This document shows, one piece after another, positions 18,721-29,306 of a stretch of DNA of 64,000 nt (position 1 is the first letter of the stretch; each line of letters begins with the position of its first letter). The position numbers were made by a program, and so were the translations under genes. The stretch spans positions 2,720,001 through 2,784,000 of the forward strand of contig OY760183.1 in NCBI GenBank assembly GCA_963663275.1. The letters are read 5' to 3'. The notes under the pieces are model-generated. The model worked only from the letters and a program-made list of their open reading frames with translations, made no database searches and was not told the DNA's origin. This DNA is from Chloroflexota bacterium (GTDB lineage Bacteria; Chloroflexota; UBA11872; VXOZ01).

Positions 18721-20856
18721 ATGGCGCTTTCCACTGTTGGCGGACGGGTATATGATGCGGATGGCGGAGCGGGAATCGGCGGCGTGCTCGTCTCCAACGG
18801 CGACGCCGTTGTCCAGACCGCTGCCGACGGCCGCTACACGCTGGACGTCGATCCCCAGCAAGACCGCTGCGTTTTCATCACCGTGCCCGCGGGCTATCGT
18901 CCGCAAGAGCGCTTCTACGCGCTCCTCAGCGAGCACTCGACGCCAGCGGCGCTTGACTTTCCCCTACGCGCCGAGCCGGAGCGGGCGCGCGATGCTTTCC
19001 GCCTCGTCCACCTCTCCGATACCCACGTGGTGCTCGAAGACAGCGGCCCGGTCTCCCCGGCGATGCTGGCGCAGGATCTCCAAGAGCTTGTAAGCGAAGA
19101 GTTGCCCGACCTGGCCGTGGTCACCGGCGATCTGACCAACATGGGCACCATCGAGGAGCTTGAAGGCTACCGCGCGGCGATCGAATCCGTTTCCGTGCCG
19201 GTCATCTCCGTCTTTGGCGGACACGACGGCAACATCGAACGCCGCTCCAACGAGGGCGACGTGCCCTGCACCCGCAACTTCGAGGCCACCCTCGGCCCCA
19301 CCTACTACAGCTTCGATTGGGGCGGGTATCACTTTGTGGTATACGCCACGGAGGACGCCTACTTCACCGCCGCCGAGCGCGCCCGCAAGGAACGCTGGCT
19401 CTGGGCCGACCTCGCCCTGCAACCCAGCGACCGCCGGTCGGTAATCCTGCACCACACGGCGCCGGACGCGGCCCTGCTGGCGCGATTCAGCCAACACAAC
19501 GGCGCGCTCGTCTTGCACGGCCACTGGCACTCCAGCCGGGTCTTCACGGACGGTGAGACCCTGGTGGCCTCCGCGCCCTCGTTTTGCTTTGGCGGCATCG
19601 ACACCCGACCGCGCGGATGCCGGGTCGTCTCCTTCTCTCCGCAGGGGATTGAGACGGATTTGCGCCCAAGCGCGCGCGCAGCCCAAGGCAGCGCCGCGGC
19701 CGCGCGGCCCGCCGGCGAAGCGCAAACGAGCATTGCGCTGGGAGAGGAGGAGTACGTTTTGGCTTGGAAGCGCGATCTTGGCAGACCGCTACATCGCGCC
19801 GCGCCGGTTGCCCACCAAGACCGCGTGCTGGTCGCCTTGCAGAGTGAGAGCAATCCCGGCGGCAGCGGCGTGGCGTGTATCGATAGCGTCAGCGGCGCGG
19901 AGCGGTGGCGCTACGAAACGCCCGCCGCGTTGAAGAATAGCTGCGCGGTTGTAGAGACGCCAAACGGCGATGCGTGGTGCGCGGCCCTGACCGTCACGGG
20001 AGAGCTTCATCTCATCGCCGCGGACACCGGCGAACGCGCGTGGCGGGTCACGCTGCCGGCGCATCCCCACCGCTGGGTGTATTCGTCTCCCGCCCAGAGT
20101 GGTGAAGCGGTCATCGCCGGCTCCAAGGCCGGCTACGGCGCGTACGAACTGGCAACCGGAAACCAACGCTGGTATTTCCAGCCGTCGGACGGGGATGAAT
20201 GGCCGTCGTACATCTGTCCGCAGGTATTCGCCGACGAGCTTTGCATCGTGCCCGTGCAGCGCCGGGGTTTTCTGGCGTTGCGCATGGCGGACGGCGAGGC
20301 CGCGTGGGAACGGAACCTGCCGGTGGAGTACTTCTGCGGCTCCCCAACGCTGGCGGGCAACCTGCTGGTGGTGAGTTCCGCCTCTCCGCACACGGGCGCG
20401 AGCCTGACGGGAGGACGGGAGGGAGACCTCGCCGTGCTCGAAGCGGCAACCGGGAAGGTCGTCTCCCTATTTGAACGGTCGTTGGCGGGCTACGCCACGG
20501 GCGTCGCAGTGGCGGACGACCGCGTCTACGCGGCGACGGCGGCGGGAACCGTCCACTGCCTTCACCTAAATTCGGGCGCTCCGCTCTGGGAGTTTCAATC
20601 CGGTGAAGACCTGCTGGACATGACACCGTACCGGCGCGGCATCCGCTCGCTGCTGGCCGCGCCCGCGCCGATGGGTGAACACGTCCTCGTGGGCGGCTGC
20701 GACGGCTGGCTCTCGGTGTTGGACGCCGCGACCGGCGCGTGCGCCGACCGCGTCTTCCTGGGCGCGCCGCTCACGGCCACGCCCTGCGCCACCCCGGACG
20801 GGTTCGTCATCGGCGCGTACAACGGAACGCTATACTCCTATCGCGCCAATCGCTAA
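18721..20856 (+). CDS. Metallophosphoesterase fused to PQQ-like beta-propeller repeats
   Basis: N-terminal VSNG beta domain; SDTH, GDL, GGHD, GHWH metal motifs; repeated xxTGxxxW blades. Confidence 0.85.
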   Translation: MALSTVGGRVYDADGGAGIGGVLVSNGDAVVQTAADGRYTLDVDPQQDRCVFITVPAGYRPQERFYALLSEHSTPAALDFPLRAEPERARDAFRLVHLSDTHVVLEDSGPVSPAMLAQDLQELVSEELPDLAVVTGDLTNMGTIEELEGYRAAIESVSVPVISVFGGHDGNIERRSNEGDVPCTRNFEATLGPTYYSFDWGGYHFVVYATEDAYFTAAERARKERWLWADLALQPSDRRSVILHHTAPDAALLARFSQHNGALVLHGHWHSSRVFTDGETLVASAPSFCFGGIDTRPRGCRVVSFSPQGIETDLRPSARAAQGSAAAARPAGEAQTSIALGEEEYVLAWKRDLGRPLHRAAPVAHQDRVLVALQSESNPGGSGVACIDSVSGAERWRYETPAALKNSCAVVETPNGDAWCAALTVTGELHLIAADTGERAWRVTLPAHPHRWVYSSPAQSGEAVIAGSKAGYGAYELATGNQRWYFQPSDGDEWPSYICPQVFADELCIVPVQRRGFLALRMADGEAAWERNLPVEYFCGSPTLAGNLLVVSSASPHTGASLTGGREGDLAVLEAATGKVVSLFERSLAGYATGVAVADDRVYAATAAGTVHCLHLNSGAPLWEFQSGEDLLDMTPYRRGIRSLLAAPAPMGEHVLVGGCDGWLSVLDAATGACADRVFLGAPLTATPCATPDGFVIGAYNGTLYSYRANR

Positions 20857-20922
20857 GCCTCACTCGTAGGCCGAGAGAGGCAAGAATCCGTCAAGGGAGC
20901 CGGTGCACGTTTCAACGAATGA

Positions 20923-20971
20923 GCCGGCATCCGTTCGTCCTGAGCCTGTCGAAGGATGAACGGATGGCGGC
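20923..20971. repeat. REP-like hairpin (GTTC-GTCCTGAGCCTGTCGAAGGAT-GAAC family)
   Basis: Stem CATCCGTTC/GAACGGATG around the conserved core; between convergent genes. Confidence 0.75.
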
Positions 20972-20985
20972 CTATGCGCGCGCTC

Positions 20986-21711
20986 TCAGAGTTGGCTCGG
21001 CAGCAGCCGCATATCAGGCACGTAAGCGCGTTCCGGCAGCGAAGCCACCAGCAGCGCGGCCTGGGCCACGTCCTCCGGTTCCAGCGCCTTTGCCAACACT
21101 TCCGGCGGAGTGGGCGTGGGGCGTTTCTCCACCAGCGGCGTATTGCAAAGTCCGGGGAAGATCACCGTCACCCGCACGCCGTTCTCCTTCTCCTCCTCCA
21201 TGGTGCCGTAGGCCAGCCCGGCCACGCCGTGCTTGCTGGCCTGGTAGGCCACACCGGACACGTCCGGACGCTGCACCGCGCCGGACGAATAGTGAATGAT
21301 GAGGCCCCGTCCCTGGGCGCGCAATTGGGGCAGCACGGCGCGGGTCAGGTTGAAGGCGGCCGAGAGATTCACCGCCAGCATCATCTCCCAGTCAACCGGG
21401 TCGAGCACCGTGAGCGCGCGCTGCTTGAGATTGGTGCCCACGCTGTTCACCAGCACGTCAATCGTGCCGTGCCGCTCCACCGCCGCCTCCACCAGCGCCT
21501 GCGCGGACGCGCCGTCGGTGGCGTCCGTGGGCACGGCCAGCGCCGCGCCGCCCGCCGCGTTGATTTCGCGGGCCAGCGCCTGCAACGCGCCGGCGCTGCG
21601 CGCTCCCAGCACAACCGCCGCCCCCTGCGCCGCGAAGAGCCGCGCCGTGGCCGCCCCCATGCCGCTGCTGGCGCCGGCCACCAGCGCCACCTTGCCGTCG
21701 AGCAATCCCAT
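20986..21711 (-). CDS. Short-chain dehydrogenase/reductase
   Basis: AGASSGMG and YQASK motifs. Confidence 0.9.
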   Translation of the reverse strand: MGLLDGKVALVAGASSGMGAATARLFAAQGAAVVLGARSAGALQALAREINAAGGAALAVPTDATDGASAQALVEAAVERHGTIDVLVNSVGTNLKQRALTVLDPVDWEMMLAVNLSAAFNLTRAVLPQLRAQGRGLIIHYSSGAVQRPDVSGVAYQASKHGVAGLAYGTMEEEKENGVRVTVIFPGLCNTPLVEKRPTPTPPEVLAKALEPEDVAQAALLVASLPERAYVPDMRLLPSQL

Positions 21712-21989
21712 TCTCGTTCTCCCTTTTCACGCAGATCATTAGTTCGGTTGAGACTCTGGCGCCAGTGCGACGCGGGCTAGCCCGGCCCTCTAAGCACGGA
21801 GTCGCATAGACGCGCCGCGAGGGGCACACGGTATCGCCCGCCCCACGCTCTACCGTTGACTATACCGCATTTGCGCCGCCGACCATGCGCACGGCTGCGC
21901 AAGACTCAGCCGGAGTGTGGTACTTTGAACAGTGAAGCGCCGCTGAGCACTGGCGCACGTCTCGTCGAAGACACGCGAGGGAGGCCGGG

Positions 21990-22535
21990 ATGGAACGCGG
22001 GCCGTTGCGAACGCTGCTGATGATCCTGGCGATTCTCGTTGCCGCCATTGCCGTCTCCTTCCTCTTGCAGTGGCGGGACTCGCTCCTCGATCGTTTGCCC
22101 GGCCTGCCGGAGGCCGCGCCGAGCCAGGGCGCCGAAGCGCCGGACATTACCCTGCAAAACATGGACGGCGAGACCGTCTCCCTCAGCGACTATCGCGGCC
22201 AGCCGGTGGTGCTGAACTTCTGGGCCACCTGGTGCGCGCCGTGCCGCGAGGAAATGCCGCACTTGCAGGAAGCCTACGAGACGCACCGGGACGCGGGCCT
22301 GGTGGTGGTGGGCGTCAACGTGCGCGAGACGCGGGAGGAGGCCCAGCGCTTCCTGCGGGAACTTGGCGTTGACTTTCCCGTCTTACTCGACCCCGATCTG
22401 GCCGCCTCCGAACGTTACAGCGTGACCAGCCTGCCGCTGACGTTCTTCATCGACCGCGACGGCAAGATCAGGACCCTGGTCGTGGGCGGGATGACCAAGA
22501 CGGTGCTGGAAGAGCGCTTAACGACAATTCTCTGA
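21990..22535 (+). CDS. Membrane-anchored TlpA/ResA thiol-disulfide oxidoreductase
   Basis: N-terminal TM; NFWATWCAPC; SLP cis-Pro loop. Confidence 0.92.
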   Translation: MERGPLRTLLMILAILVAAIAVSFLLQWRDSLLDRLPGLPEAAPSQGAEAPDITLQNMDGETVSLSDYRGQPVVLNFWATWCAPCREEMPHLQEAYETHRDAGLVVVGVNVRETREEAQRFLRELGVDFPVLLDPDLAASERYSVTSLPLTFFIDRDGKIRTLVVGGMTKTVLEERLTTIL

Positions 22536-22600
22536 TGGCGGCGCGTCTGCCCAAAACCCGGCTGAACCCCAATTAGCGGGCAAGAGATGGAGAACAGCAC

Positions 22601-23668
22601 ATGCCTGAACGAACATTGCGTGTTGGCGTCATAGGCGCGGGCGGCATCGCCCGGGGCGCGCACGTTCCCGGCTATCGTCAAACCGGACGGGCCGAAGTCA
22701 CGGCCGTCTGCGACGTGAACGCGGCGGCCGCGCGGGCGTTCGCCGAGAGCCAGGACGTCCCCCGCCACTACCCGAGTGTTGACGCCATGCTGGAGCGGGA
22801 GGAATTGGACGTCGTCAGCATCTGCACGTCCAACGACGCGCACCATCCCGCCGCCATGGCCGCCATCGCGCTGGGACTGCACGTCTTTTGCGAAAAGCCG
22901 TTGGCGCTGAACTTCGGGCAAGCGCGGGAGATGTACCAGGCCGCCCAGGCGCGGGGCGTCGTCACCGGCATCAACTTCACCTACCGCACATTTCCCGCCG
23001 CTCGCTACGTGAAGGAACTTACCGAGCAGCGGCCGTTCGGCGACGTCAAGCACTTCAGCATCGAGTACTACCAAAGCTACTCGGTAGATCCGAAGCGGAC
23101 GCTGGAGTGGCGCTTTCAAAAGAAACTCACCGGCACCGGCGCGTTGGCGGACCTGGGCTCCCACGCCACCGACCTGGCGCTCTGGATGGCGGGCGGCATT
23201 GCCGGCGTGCGCGGCCACATGGCGACGTTCATCCACGAACGTCCGCTGCAGGACGGCTCCGGCATGGGCACGGTGGACGTGGACGACTCCACCACCTTTC
23301 TCGCCGAATACGAAAACGGCGCTACCGGCGTGGTGGACGCCACGCGCTTTGCCACCGGCCGCGCCAATCACCAGCGCATCTCGATCTATGGGGACAAGGG
23401 CTCGCTGGTCTACCAGAACGGCCCGGAGCCGCGCATCGAGGTTTCCGCGAAACCGTTTAGCAAGGACGGTTCTACCGTGCTCGCGCCGGTGCCGCCGCGC
23501 CTGGCCGAAAGCCCGCGTTCGCACGTGCCGGCCTTCGTGAATACGATCCTCGACGGCGCGCCGGTCGATTTTCCCACGTTCGAGGACGGCCTGCGCACCC
23601 AGGAGGTGCTCGAAGCCGCCGAAGTCTCCCACCTGGAAGACCGCTGGGTGTCCCTGCCGCTGCCGTAA
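22601..23668 (+). CDS. Gfo/Idh/MocA oxidoreductase
   Basis: GVIGAGGIA, CEKP, GALADLGSH. Confidence 0.92.
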   Translation: MPERTLRVGVIGAGGIARGAHVPGYRQTGRAEVTAVCDVNAAAARAFAESQDVPRHYPSVDAMLEREELDVVSICTSNDAHHPAAMAAIALGLHVFCEKPLALNFGQAREMYQAAQARGVVTGINFTYRTFPAARYVKELTEQRPFGDVKHFSIEYYQSYSVDPKRTLEWRFQKKLTGTGALADLGSHATDLALWMAGGIAGVRGHMATFIHERPLQDGSGMGTVDVDDSTTFLAEYENGATGVVDATRFATGRANHQRISIYGDKGSLVYQNGPEPRIEVSAKPFSKDGSTVLAPVPPRLAESPRSHVPAFVNTILDGAPVDFPTFEDGLRTQEVLEAAEVSHLEDRWVSLPLP

Positions 23669-23694
23669 CGAGCGGCGATGGCGCGAGACCCGGC

Positions 23695-24591
23695 TTAATC
23701 ACCGTCGCCCTGTTGCCTGTCCGGTGGCGGCCGCCGGGCAGTCTCGGCGGTGTGCAGGCGCACGTCCCGCCGCGGGAACGGAATCTCGATGCCCTTCTCC
23801 CGGAAGGTCGCGCAAACCGTGTGGTGTAGGTCGCTCACCGTCTGGAAGCGGTCGCTCAGGTCGGCAACCCAGGCGATCACCCAGAAGTCGAGCGCGGAGT
23901 CGTCGAACGCGCGAAAGTAGACGCGCGGTTCCGGCTCTTCCAGAACAGCCGGATGGCAGCGCACGATGTCGAAGAGCGTCTCCTCCACCAGTTTCGTATC
24001 GGCGCTATAGGAGACGTGTACGCTGAAGTCCAGCCGGATGCGCCGGTCGTCCAGCGACCAGTTGATCACCACGGAAGAGAGCAGGTCGGCGTTCGGCACC
24101 ACCGCCTGGGTGTGGTCGAACTTGCGCAAGGTCGTGGACCGCGCCCCCAGGTGCTCGACGGTGCCGAGTTGGCCGTTCACTTCGATTACGTCTCCGATCC
24201 CCACCTTGATGGGACGCTCCGCCAGCAAGATGAGACCGGAGACGAAGTTGTTGACGATGCTCTGCAATCCGAAGCCAATGCCAATGCCCAACGCGCCCAA
24301 CACGACCAAGATGGCATTGAGATCGAACCCAAGCGTCCGGAAGCCAATGTACCAGCCGACGATGAGAATGAGGTAGTGCAGCATCGCGCCCACCGCGTAC
24401 TGCACCGGCGCTTCCGGTTGCTCGTCCGGCACGGCGCGTTCCTGGAATATCCGCCGCACCCGGCGCGCGATTGCCCACGTTGCGCCCAGGATGACGACCA
24501 GGACGATGAGGCTCTTTATGTCTACCGTCGTCTCGTTGATCGTCAGCAGCGTCGCGTCGAGCACGCGCCACAGCATTTCCAATATCTCCAC
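23695..24591 (-). CDS. Small-conductance mechanosensitive channel (MscS family)
   Basis: GIGFGLQSIVNNFVSGLILL, VPN, GIEIPFP. Confidence 0.92.
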   Translation of the reverse strand: MEILEMLWRVLDATLLTINETTVDIKSLIVLVVILGATWAIARRVRRIFQERAVPDEQPEAPVQYAVGAMLHYLILIVGWYIGFRTLGFDLNAILVVLGALGIGIGFGLQSIVNNFVSGLILLAERPIKVGIGDVIEVNGQLGTVEHLGARSTTLRKFDHTQAVVPNADLLSSVVINWSLDDRRIRLDFSVHVSYSADTKLVEETLFDIVRCHPAVLEEPEPRVYFRAFDDSALDFWVIAWVADLSDRFQTVSDLHHTVCATFREKGIEIPFPRRDVRLHTAETARRPPPDRQQGDGD

Positions 24592-24688
24592 ACGCGCCTC
24601 CGTGCGCCAGCGCGCTCACGCGGCGAACGCCATGGGCGGCACACCGCTTGCCGAGCCGCCGTAAAATCACCCCAAACCGGCTCTACCG

Positions 24689-26809
24689 CTACGCCCGCCG
24701 CGCCCAGGCGGAGAGCGCGGCGAGCGCCTCGGCGCGGGTCGTTCGCGTCTGGATCCGCAGGCGCTTGCGCGCGTCGAGTCGCTTGAAGACCTTCTCCGTT
24801 GGCGCAAAGGTCTCGTCCGTGTCCTGCGGGGTGACTGTTTCGCCAATTGCATCCGTTGGATTGACGATGAGCGTAGCCCGCGGCGCGAGCGCGCCCACCA
24901 GACTTGGCAAGTCGTAATGCAGGAGCACGCCGGGCAGGAAACTGCTGGCGGGCACGGTATAGTCACCCGCGCGCGTGATATGGCGATACGAGGCGAGCGT
25001 CTCATACGCCGCTACCGAACCGATACGCTCATCGAGCGCGGCGGCGTGGAGCGCCACCAGTCCGCCGCCGCCCTGGCCGAGCATGGACACGCGCTCCGCT
25101 TGCACGTCGGGACGCTCCACAACCAGATCGACGCAGCGAACGGCATCGGTAACGCGCTGGGTCAGCGGCCACTCGCCTAGGAAGTAGCCCAGGTACGCCA
25201 GGCGCGAGTCATTGCCGAGCAAGGCCGTATCCTCGGGCCGGTAGACCACCTCCGGCTTCCAGCGGGTCTCGCCCCAGCCGCGCAGGTCCATGGCAAAGAC
25301 CAAGCTGCCGGCGCGGGCCAACTCGGCGGCAATGCCGTACTCGTGGGCTTCAGCGTCTTTGCCACCGTCGTGCGCGTAGATGAGCGCGGGATGCGGCCCC
25401 GCGCCCGGTGGATGGAAGACCAGGCCGGGCACGGGCAGGTCAACCTCGCTCTCGAAGTAGACCTCTTCCACCCGCAAGCCGCCGATGGTGCGCGCGCCTA
25501 CCGCTTGCAGCGCGCCCGCGGCCGGCGATGCCCGGTAGTCGAGCGCCGCGCGCGCCGCCGCGCGCACGTCCTCCTGATACTGCGCCGCTTCCTTCTTCTT
25601 GGCCAGTTTCGGGACGGCCGGCGCGAGTTCCTGCGCGCGCTTCTCATTCAGCGAAACCACCGTCTCGTTCCGGTCTGTCAGAAGCACTTGTCCGGACGCT
25701 GTGCACCACAGGGTTTCCGGCGCTTCCGCCGTGAACGGGGCCTCCGTCACCGGTCCCGGCTCGTCCTTCAGCCAGCGGTTGAACCAGGCGTACATGGCCT
25801 CCCGCATGGGTTGGTTGTAGTCGTGGTGCGCCGGCGTTTCCACCATGTTTGCCCGCTCCGGCACGCCGAGGGCGGTGTAGCAGTCCAACACGTCGGCGTA
25901 GACGTCCCGCGCGCCAATCAATGGGAAAAAGTCATAGATCGTGGACATGATCTGCATGGGCAGCGGCGCGCGGCACATCAGCAGGTCGGCCATCTCCAGG
26001 TCGTCGGGATAGCTGCGCACCGGGTCCTGGCACGGATCGCCGATCTGGCCTTTGGAGTGCATCCGCTCATAGGTGGCGGTCGAGCACACCGGCGCCGCCG
26101 CCGTGATGCGCTCGTCGAAGGCGGTCAGGAACATGGTGTACGTGCCGCCGCCGGACGCGCCGGTGCAGCCGATGCGGCTGGAGTCCACGTCGGTGCGCAT
26201 CTCCAGGTAATCGAGCATTCGCACGCCGTCCCAGACCATGTGGGTGATCACCGTCTGGCCGACCAGCCAGCACGGCAGGCACGCGCCGGCGTGCTGTTCC
26301 GTGCTGCTCTCCACCGGGTTCGTGTGGGTGGCGGCATCCCAATGCTGGCTGCGCTCGCCCTGCCCGATGGGATCGTAGACCAGGGCGACGTAGCCGTTTC
26401 GCGCCAGGCCGATGCCCCGCGCCTGCACGACGGTTTCCGCCTTGCCGTCGGCCCAGTGCCCCAGGGGATTGAGCACGGCCGGCAGCGGTTCCGCAATCTC
26501 CGGTGGGCGGTAGAGATTGACCGTAACCGCAAAACCCGGCTGGCTCTCGATGAGCAGTTTCTCCACCACGTAGCCGTCGCGATCCAAAATACCCACCAGT
26601 TGCGGTTCCAGCGGCGTCCTTTCGGGGAATTGCCCCAGCGAGAGGCGGAAGTTTTCGCGCACGGCGTCTACGTGCCCCTGCCAGTCTTGCGCCGTATCGA
26701 AAGAGCGCAGTTTGCGCTTGCGCCGCCAGTTGTGCTCGCGCGCCTGCCGCAAGAGATAGCCGAAATAGGCTTCGTTCGCTCCGTTTACGCGCCCGCTCAA
26801 GACTGCCAT
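24689..26809 (-). CDS. Tandem alpha/beta hydrolase (acetylxylan esterase-like)
   Basis: YDPIGQGER and GASGGG nucleophile; second degenerate domain (DLRGWGE, GQGGGG); start chosen at ATG 26809. Confidence 0.82.
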   Translation of the reverse strand: MAVLSGRVNGANEAYFGYLLRQAREHNWRRKRKLRSFDTAQDWQGHVDAVRENFRLSLGQFPERTPLEPQLVGILDRDGYVVEKLLIESQPGFAVTVNLYRPPEIAEPLPAVLNPLGHWADGKAETVVQARGIGLARNGYVALVYDPIGQGERSQHWDAATHTNPVESSTEQHAGACLPCWLVGQTVITHMVWDGVRMLDYLEMRTDVDSSRIGCTGASGGGTYTMFLTAFDERITAAAPVCSTATYERMHSKGQIGDPCQDPVRSYPDDLEMADLLMCRAPLPMQIMSTIYDFFPLIGARDVYADVLDCYTALGVPERANMVETPAHHDYNQPMREAMYAWFNRWLKDEPGPVTEAPFTAEAPETLWCTASGQVLLTDRNETVVSLNEKRAQELAPAVPKLAKKKEAAQYQEDVRAAARAALDYRASPAAGALQAVGARTIGGLRVEEVYFESEVDLPVPGLVFHPPGAGPHPALIYAHDGGKDAEAHEYGIAAELARAGSLVFAMDLRGWGETRWKPEVVYRPEDTALLGNDSRLAYLGYFLGEWPLTQRVTDAVRCVDLVVERPDVQAERVSMLGQGGGGLVALHAAALDERIGSVAAYETLASYRHITRAGDYTVPASSFLPGVLLHYDLPSLVGALAPRATLIVNPTDAIGETVTPQDTDETFAPTEKVFKRLDARKRLRIQTRTTRAEALAALSAWARRA

Positions 26810-26982
26810 TTGAAGTTGCTCCCTTTTCTTACCGCGACCCAGACTACCAGCGAAATCACCACTCCTATTGTGGTCGCGGACGCGCGCCAAGCAGCGCTGT
26901 CACGCCATGATCGAAATCGCTTGTGCATTGAGAATACAACGGCTTGGATGCAGCGAGCAAAGTGTGTTACCATTTTGCCGCC

Positions 26983-28245
26983 ATGACCAGACCTCCACCA
27001 AGCGACATCCGCGCCTTCATCGAAGGCGAAGCCGCCGCAGTCGCGGACTGGCTCTTCGACCTCTGCGCCCTGGAGAGCAAACTCGGCAACGAGGCGAGAA
27101 CCCTTGCTGAGGTGATGAACGCCTTTCAGGGCCTCGGCCTGGACGTGCGGGAAGCGCCCTATCCGCCGGACATCGCCGCCAATCCCCACCACATTCCGGT
27201 GCCGGAACTCGAAGACTACCCGGATCACGTGCGCGCCAACCTGCTGGCCACGCGGCCCGGCAGCGGCGGCGGACGCAGCCTCATCTTGCAGACCCATCTC
27301 GACGTGGTGCCGGAGAGCGAGGGGCAGCGCTACGAGCGCATCCAGGACCCTGAGCGCGGCGAAATCCTCTACGCCCGCGGCAGCAACGACGCCAAAGGGC
27401 AAGCGGCGGCGCTACTGCTGGTGGCGCGGGCGCTGGCGCACTTCGGCATTGCGCTGGCCGGCGACCTGGAGTTGCAGCTTGTCACCGAGGAGGAAGTCGG
27501 CGGCAACGGCGCGCTGGCTTTCATCCACGCCGGGCATCGCGCCGACGGCGTGGTGGTCATGGAACCCTCCCTGGGCCAGATTCACCCCGCCAATCGCGGC
27601 GCGCTCTGGTTCCAAATCGGCATCGAGGGCGTCAGCATGCACATGGGGCGCATGCACGAAGGCGTCAGCGCCATCGACAAGGGCATCGCCCTCATCGCCA
27701 GTTTCAAGGAGTACGAGAAGGAACTGGTCGCCATGAGCCAGGGGTATCGCGGTTTCGAGCGTTACGAGCGCCCGGTGCAGTTGAACGTCGGCATCTTCCA
27801 GGGCGGCCACTGGCCCAGCGCCGTGGCCGGCGAGGCTCTGATCGAAGGCGGCGTCGGATTCCTGCCCAACAAGGCCATGGCCGACGTGCGCGCCGACCTG
27901 GAGCGCATCATCGCCACCCATCCCGACGAGTGGATTCGCAACCACACCACAATCGCGTTCGACAAACTGCGCAACGATTCGTTCGAAATTCCCTACGACC
28001 ATCCCCTGCCCGCCGCGCTGCACGCCGCCGCGCGGGCCAGCGGCCTGGCAAGCGAGGTCTTTGGCTGGAACGTCTCCTGCGACGCCCGGCTCTACGCCCG
28101 CGTCGCTAATCTGCCCGTCGTCGTCTTTGGCCCGGGCGACCTCGCCACCGCCCACGGCCCCCACGAGCACTTTGCGGTCGCGGACATGGTGGACGCCGCC
28201 TGCGCGCTGACACAGTTCGTGCAAGATTGGTGCGGAGTGGGTTAG
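26983..28245 (+). CDS. M20 family deacylase (ArgE/DapE-like)
   Basis: HLDVVP, RGSNDAKG, EEE, MEP, AH.PHE. Confidence 0.9.
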   Translation: MTRPPPSDIRAFIEGEAAAVADWLFDLCALESKLGNEARTLAEVMNAFQGLGLDVREAPYPPDIAANPHHIPVPELEDYPDHVRANLLATRPGSGGGRSLILQTHLDVVPESEGQRYERIQDPERGEILYARGSNDAKGQAAALLLVARALAHFGIALAGDLELQLVTEEEVGGNGALAFIHAGHRADGVVVMEPSLGQIHPANRGALWFQIGIEGVSMHMGRMHEGVSAIDKGIALIASFKEYEKELVAMSQGYRGFERYERPVQLNVGIFQGGHWPSAVAGEALIEGGVGFLPNKAMADVRADLERIIATHPDEWIRNHTTIAFDKLRNDSFEIPYDHPLPAALHAAARASGLASEVFGWNVSCDARLYARVANLPVVVFGPGDLATAHGPHEHFAVADMVDAACALTQFVQDWCGVG

Positions 28246-28270
28246 TGCCCTTTCACAGTGTCGTTGATTG

Positions 28271-28377
28271 AGCAACGTTCGCCCTGAGCCAGGTCGAAGG
28301 GTGAACGTTGCTGTAGGGAATTGTCGCTCTTGCGCTAGATCCGCCGTTCATGCTTCGACAAGCTCAGCACGAACGGC
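28271..28377. repeat. Inverted doublet (REPIN-like) of GTTC..GAAC hairpins
   Basis: 28271-28312 and 28343-28377 are oppositely oriented copies of the same core. Confidence 0.75.
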
Positions 28378-28384
28378 TCAGAGA

Positions 28385-28452
28385 GAGATTGCGAACGCCC
28401 AATAAGAAGTGAGTTCGCGAACACCCAGTGAGAAGCGAGTTCGCGAACGCCC
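28385..28452. repeat. Three imperfect 26-bp-period tandem repeats with a GTTCGCGAAC palindrome
   Basis: GAGATTGCGAAC at 28385, GAGTTCGCGAAC at 28411 and 28437. Confidence 0.6.
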
Positions 28453-28528
28453 TGCGAAGAGGAAGTAAGCAGAAACTCAAATACACTAACTCAGCTCACC
28501 GCTGCCTCGTGAACCAGGTGAGAGTCTC

Positions 28529-29173
28529 ATGGCAAGCATAGAGAACATTGGAGAAGACAGCCGCAGAATCTGGGAGGCGCTGGCCTTCATCCTGCACCGC
28601 GTCTACGAGCCGTTGGAAGAGGCCGGCGCCGAGTGGGCCGTCATCGGCGGCGCGGCCTCGGCCTTGCAGGACATAGCGGTCAGCCCTAACGAACTGCGCA
28701 TCCTCACCGCCCCGGACGCGTTCGACCTCTGGTCCGGCCACCTGTGGGACTGGCTGGACGATGAACCCGACGTCCGCGAACCGGAACGAGCCAGGCTCAC
28801 CCTCACGGTAGAACACGCGCCGGTCACCGTCTTCGTGCGCGAACCCCGCGCCAACGAACAAGGTATACTGCTAGAGGGCATCGGCGGGGCGCTGTGGGGC
28901 GTGGTGGGTAGAGTGCGTTTTCAAAATTGGCTCGTGCCCGTAGCGCCGTTGGAGGTGCAATTCGCCTCCGCGGTGGGGCGCATGGTGCGCGACCCCTCCC
29001 GGCCCTCGTGGCAGCGGCTGGCCGAAAAGCTGGCGCGGGCGCTCTACGCCAATGGATACTACCGCGAATTGATCGAAGAAGCGCTCAGTCCGTACGGCGC
29101 GCAGGCGGCCGGCGTCGCCCTTGATTTGATCCGCGCGCAAGCGGCGCCAAGGCCGTCACGCTCGCTCCGCTGA
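28529..29173 (+). CDS. Hypothetical protein, degenerate nucleotidyltransferase-like fold
   Basis: WAVIGGAASALQ resembles the NTase first motif, but the DxD position reads ELR. Confidence 0.5.
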   Translation: MASIENIGEDSRRIWEALAFILHRVYEPLEEAGAEWAVIGGAASALQDIAVSPNELRILTAPDAFDLWSGHLWDWLDDEPDVREPERARLTLTVEHAPVTVFVREPRANEQGILLEGIGGALWGVVGRVRFQNWLVPVAPLEVQFASAVGRMVRDPSRPSWQRLAEKLARALYANGYYRELIEEALSPYGAQAAGVALDLIRAQAAPRPSRSLR

Positions 29174-29306
29174 CGTTCCGACGACAGGAGCATTGCTTAG
29201 TTTCACAGTGAGTGCGCTCACACAGTCATAGGCGTGCGCCGGCCGTGAACGCGGCGCGGGCCCCACACTTCATGCGGCGCAAGTAAATCCAGGAGGTAGC
29301 AATCCC

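Noticed and set aside
28385-28452. Possible mini-CRISPR array
   Set aside because: Period is only 26 bp, the intervening sequences are similar rather than unique, and no cas genes are present
29208-29221. GTGAGTGCGCTCAC near-palindrome upstream of the Gfo/Idh/MocA gene
   Set aside because: Single imperfect copy with no adjacent regulator; too weak to call an operator
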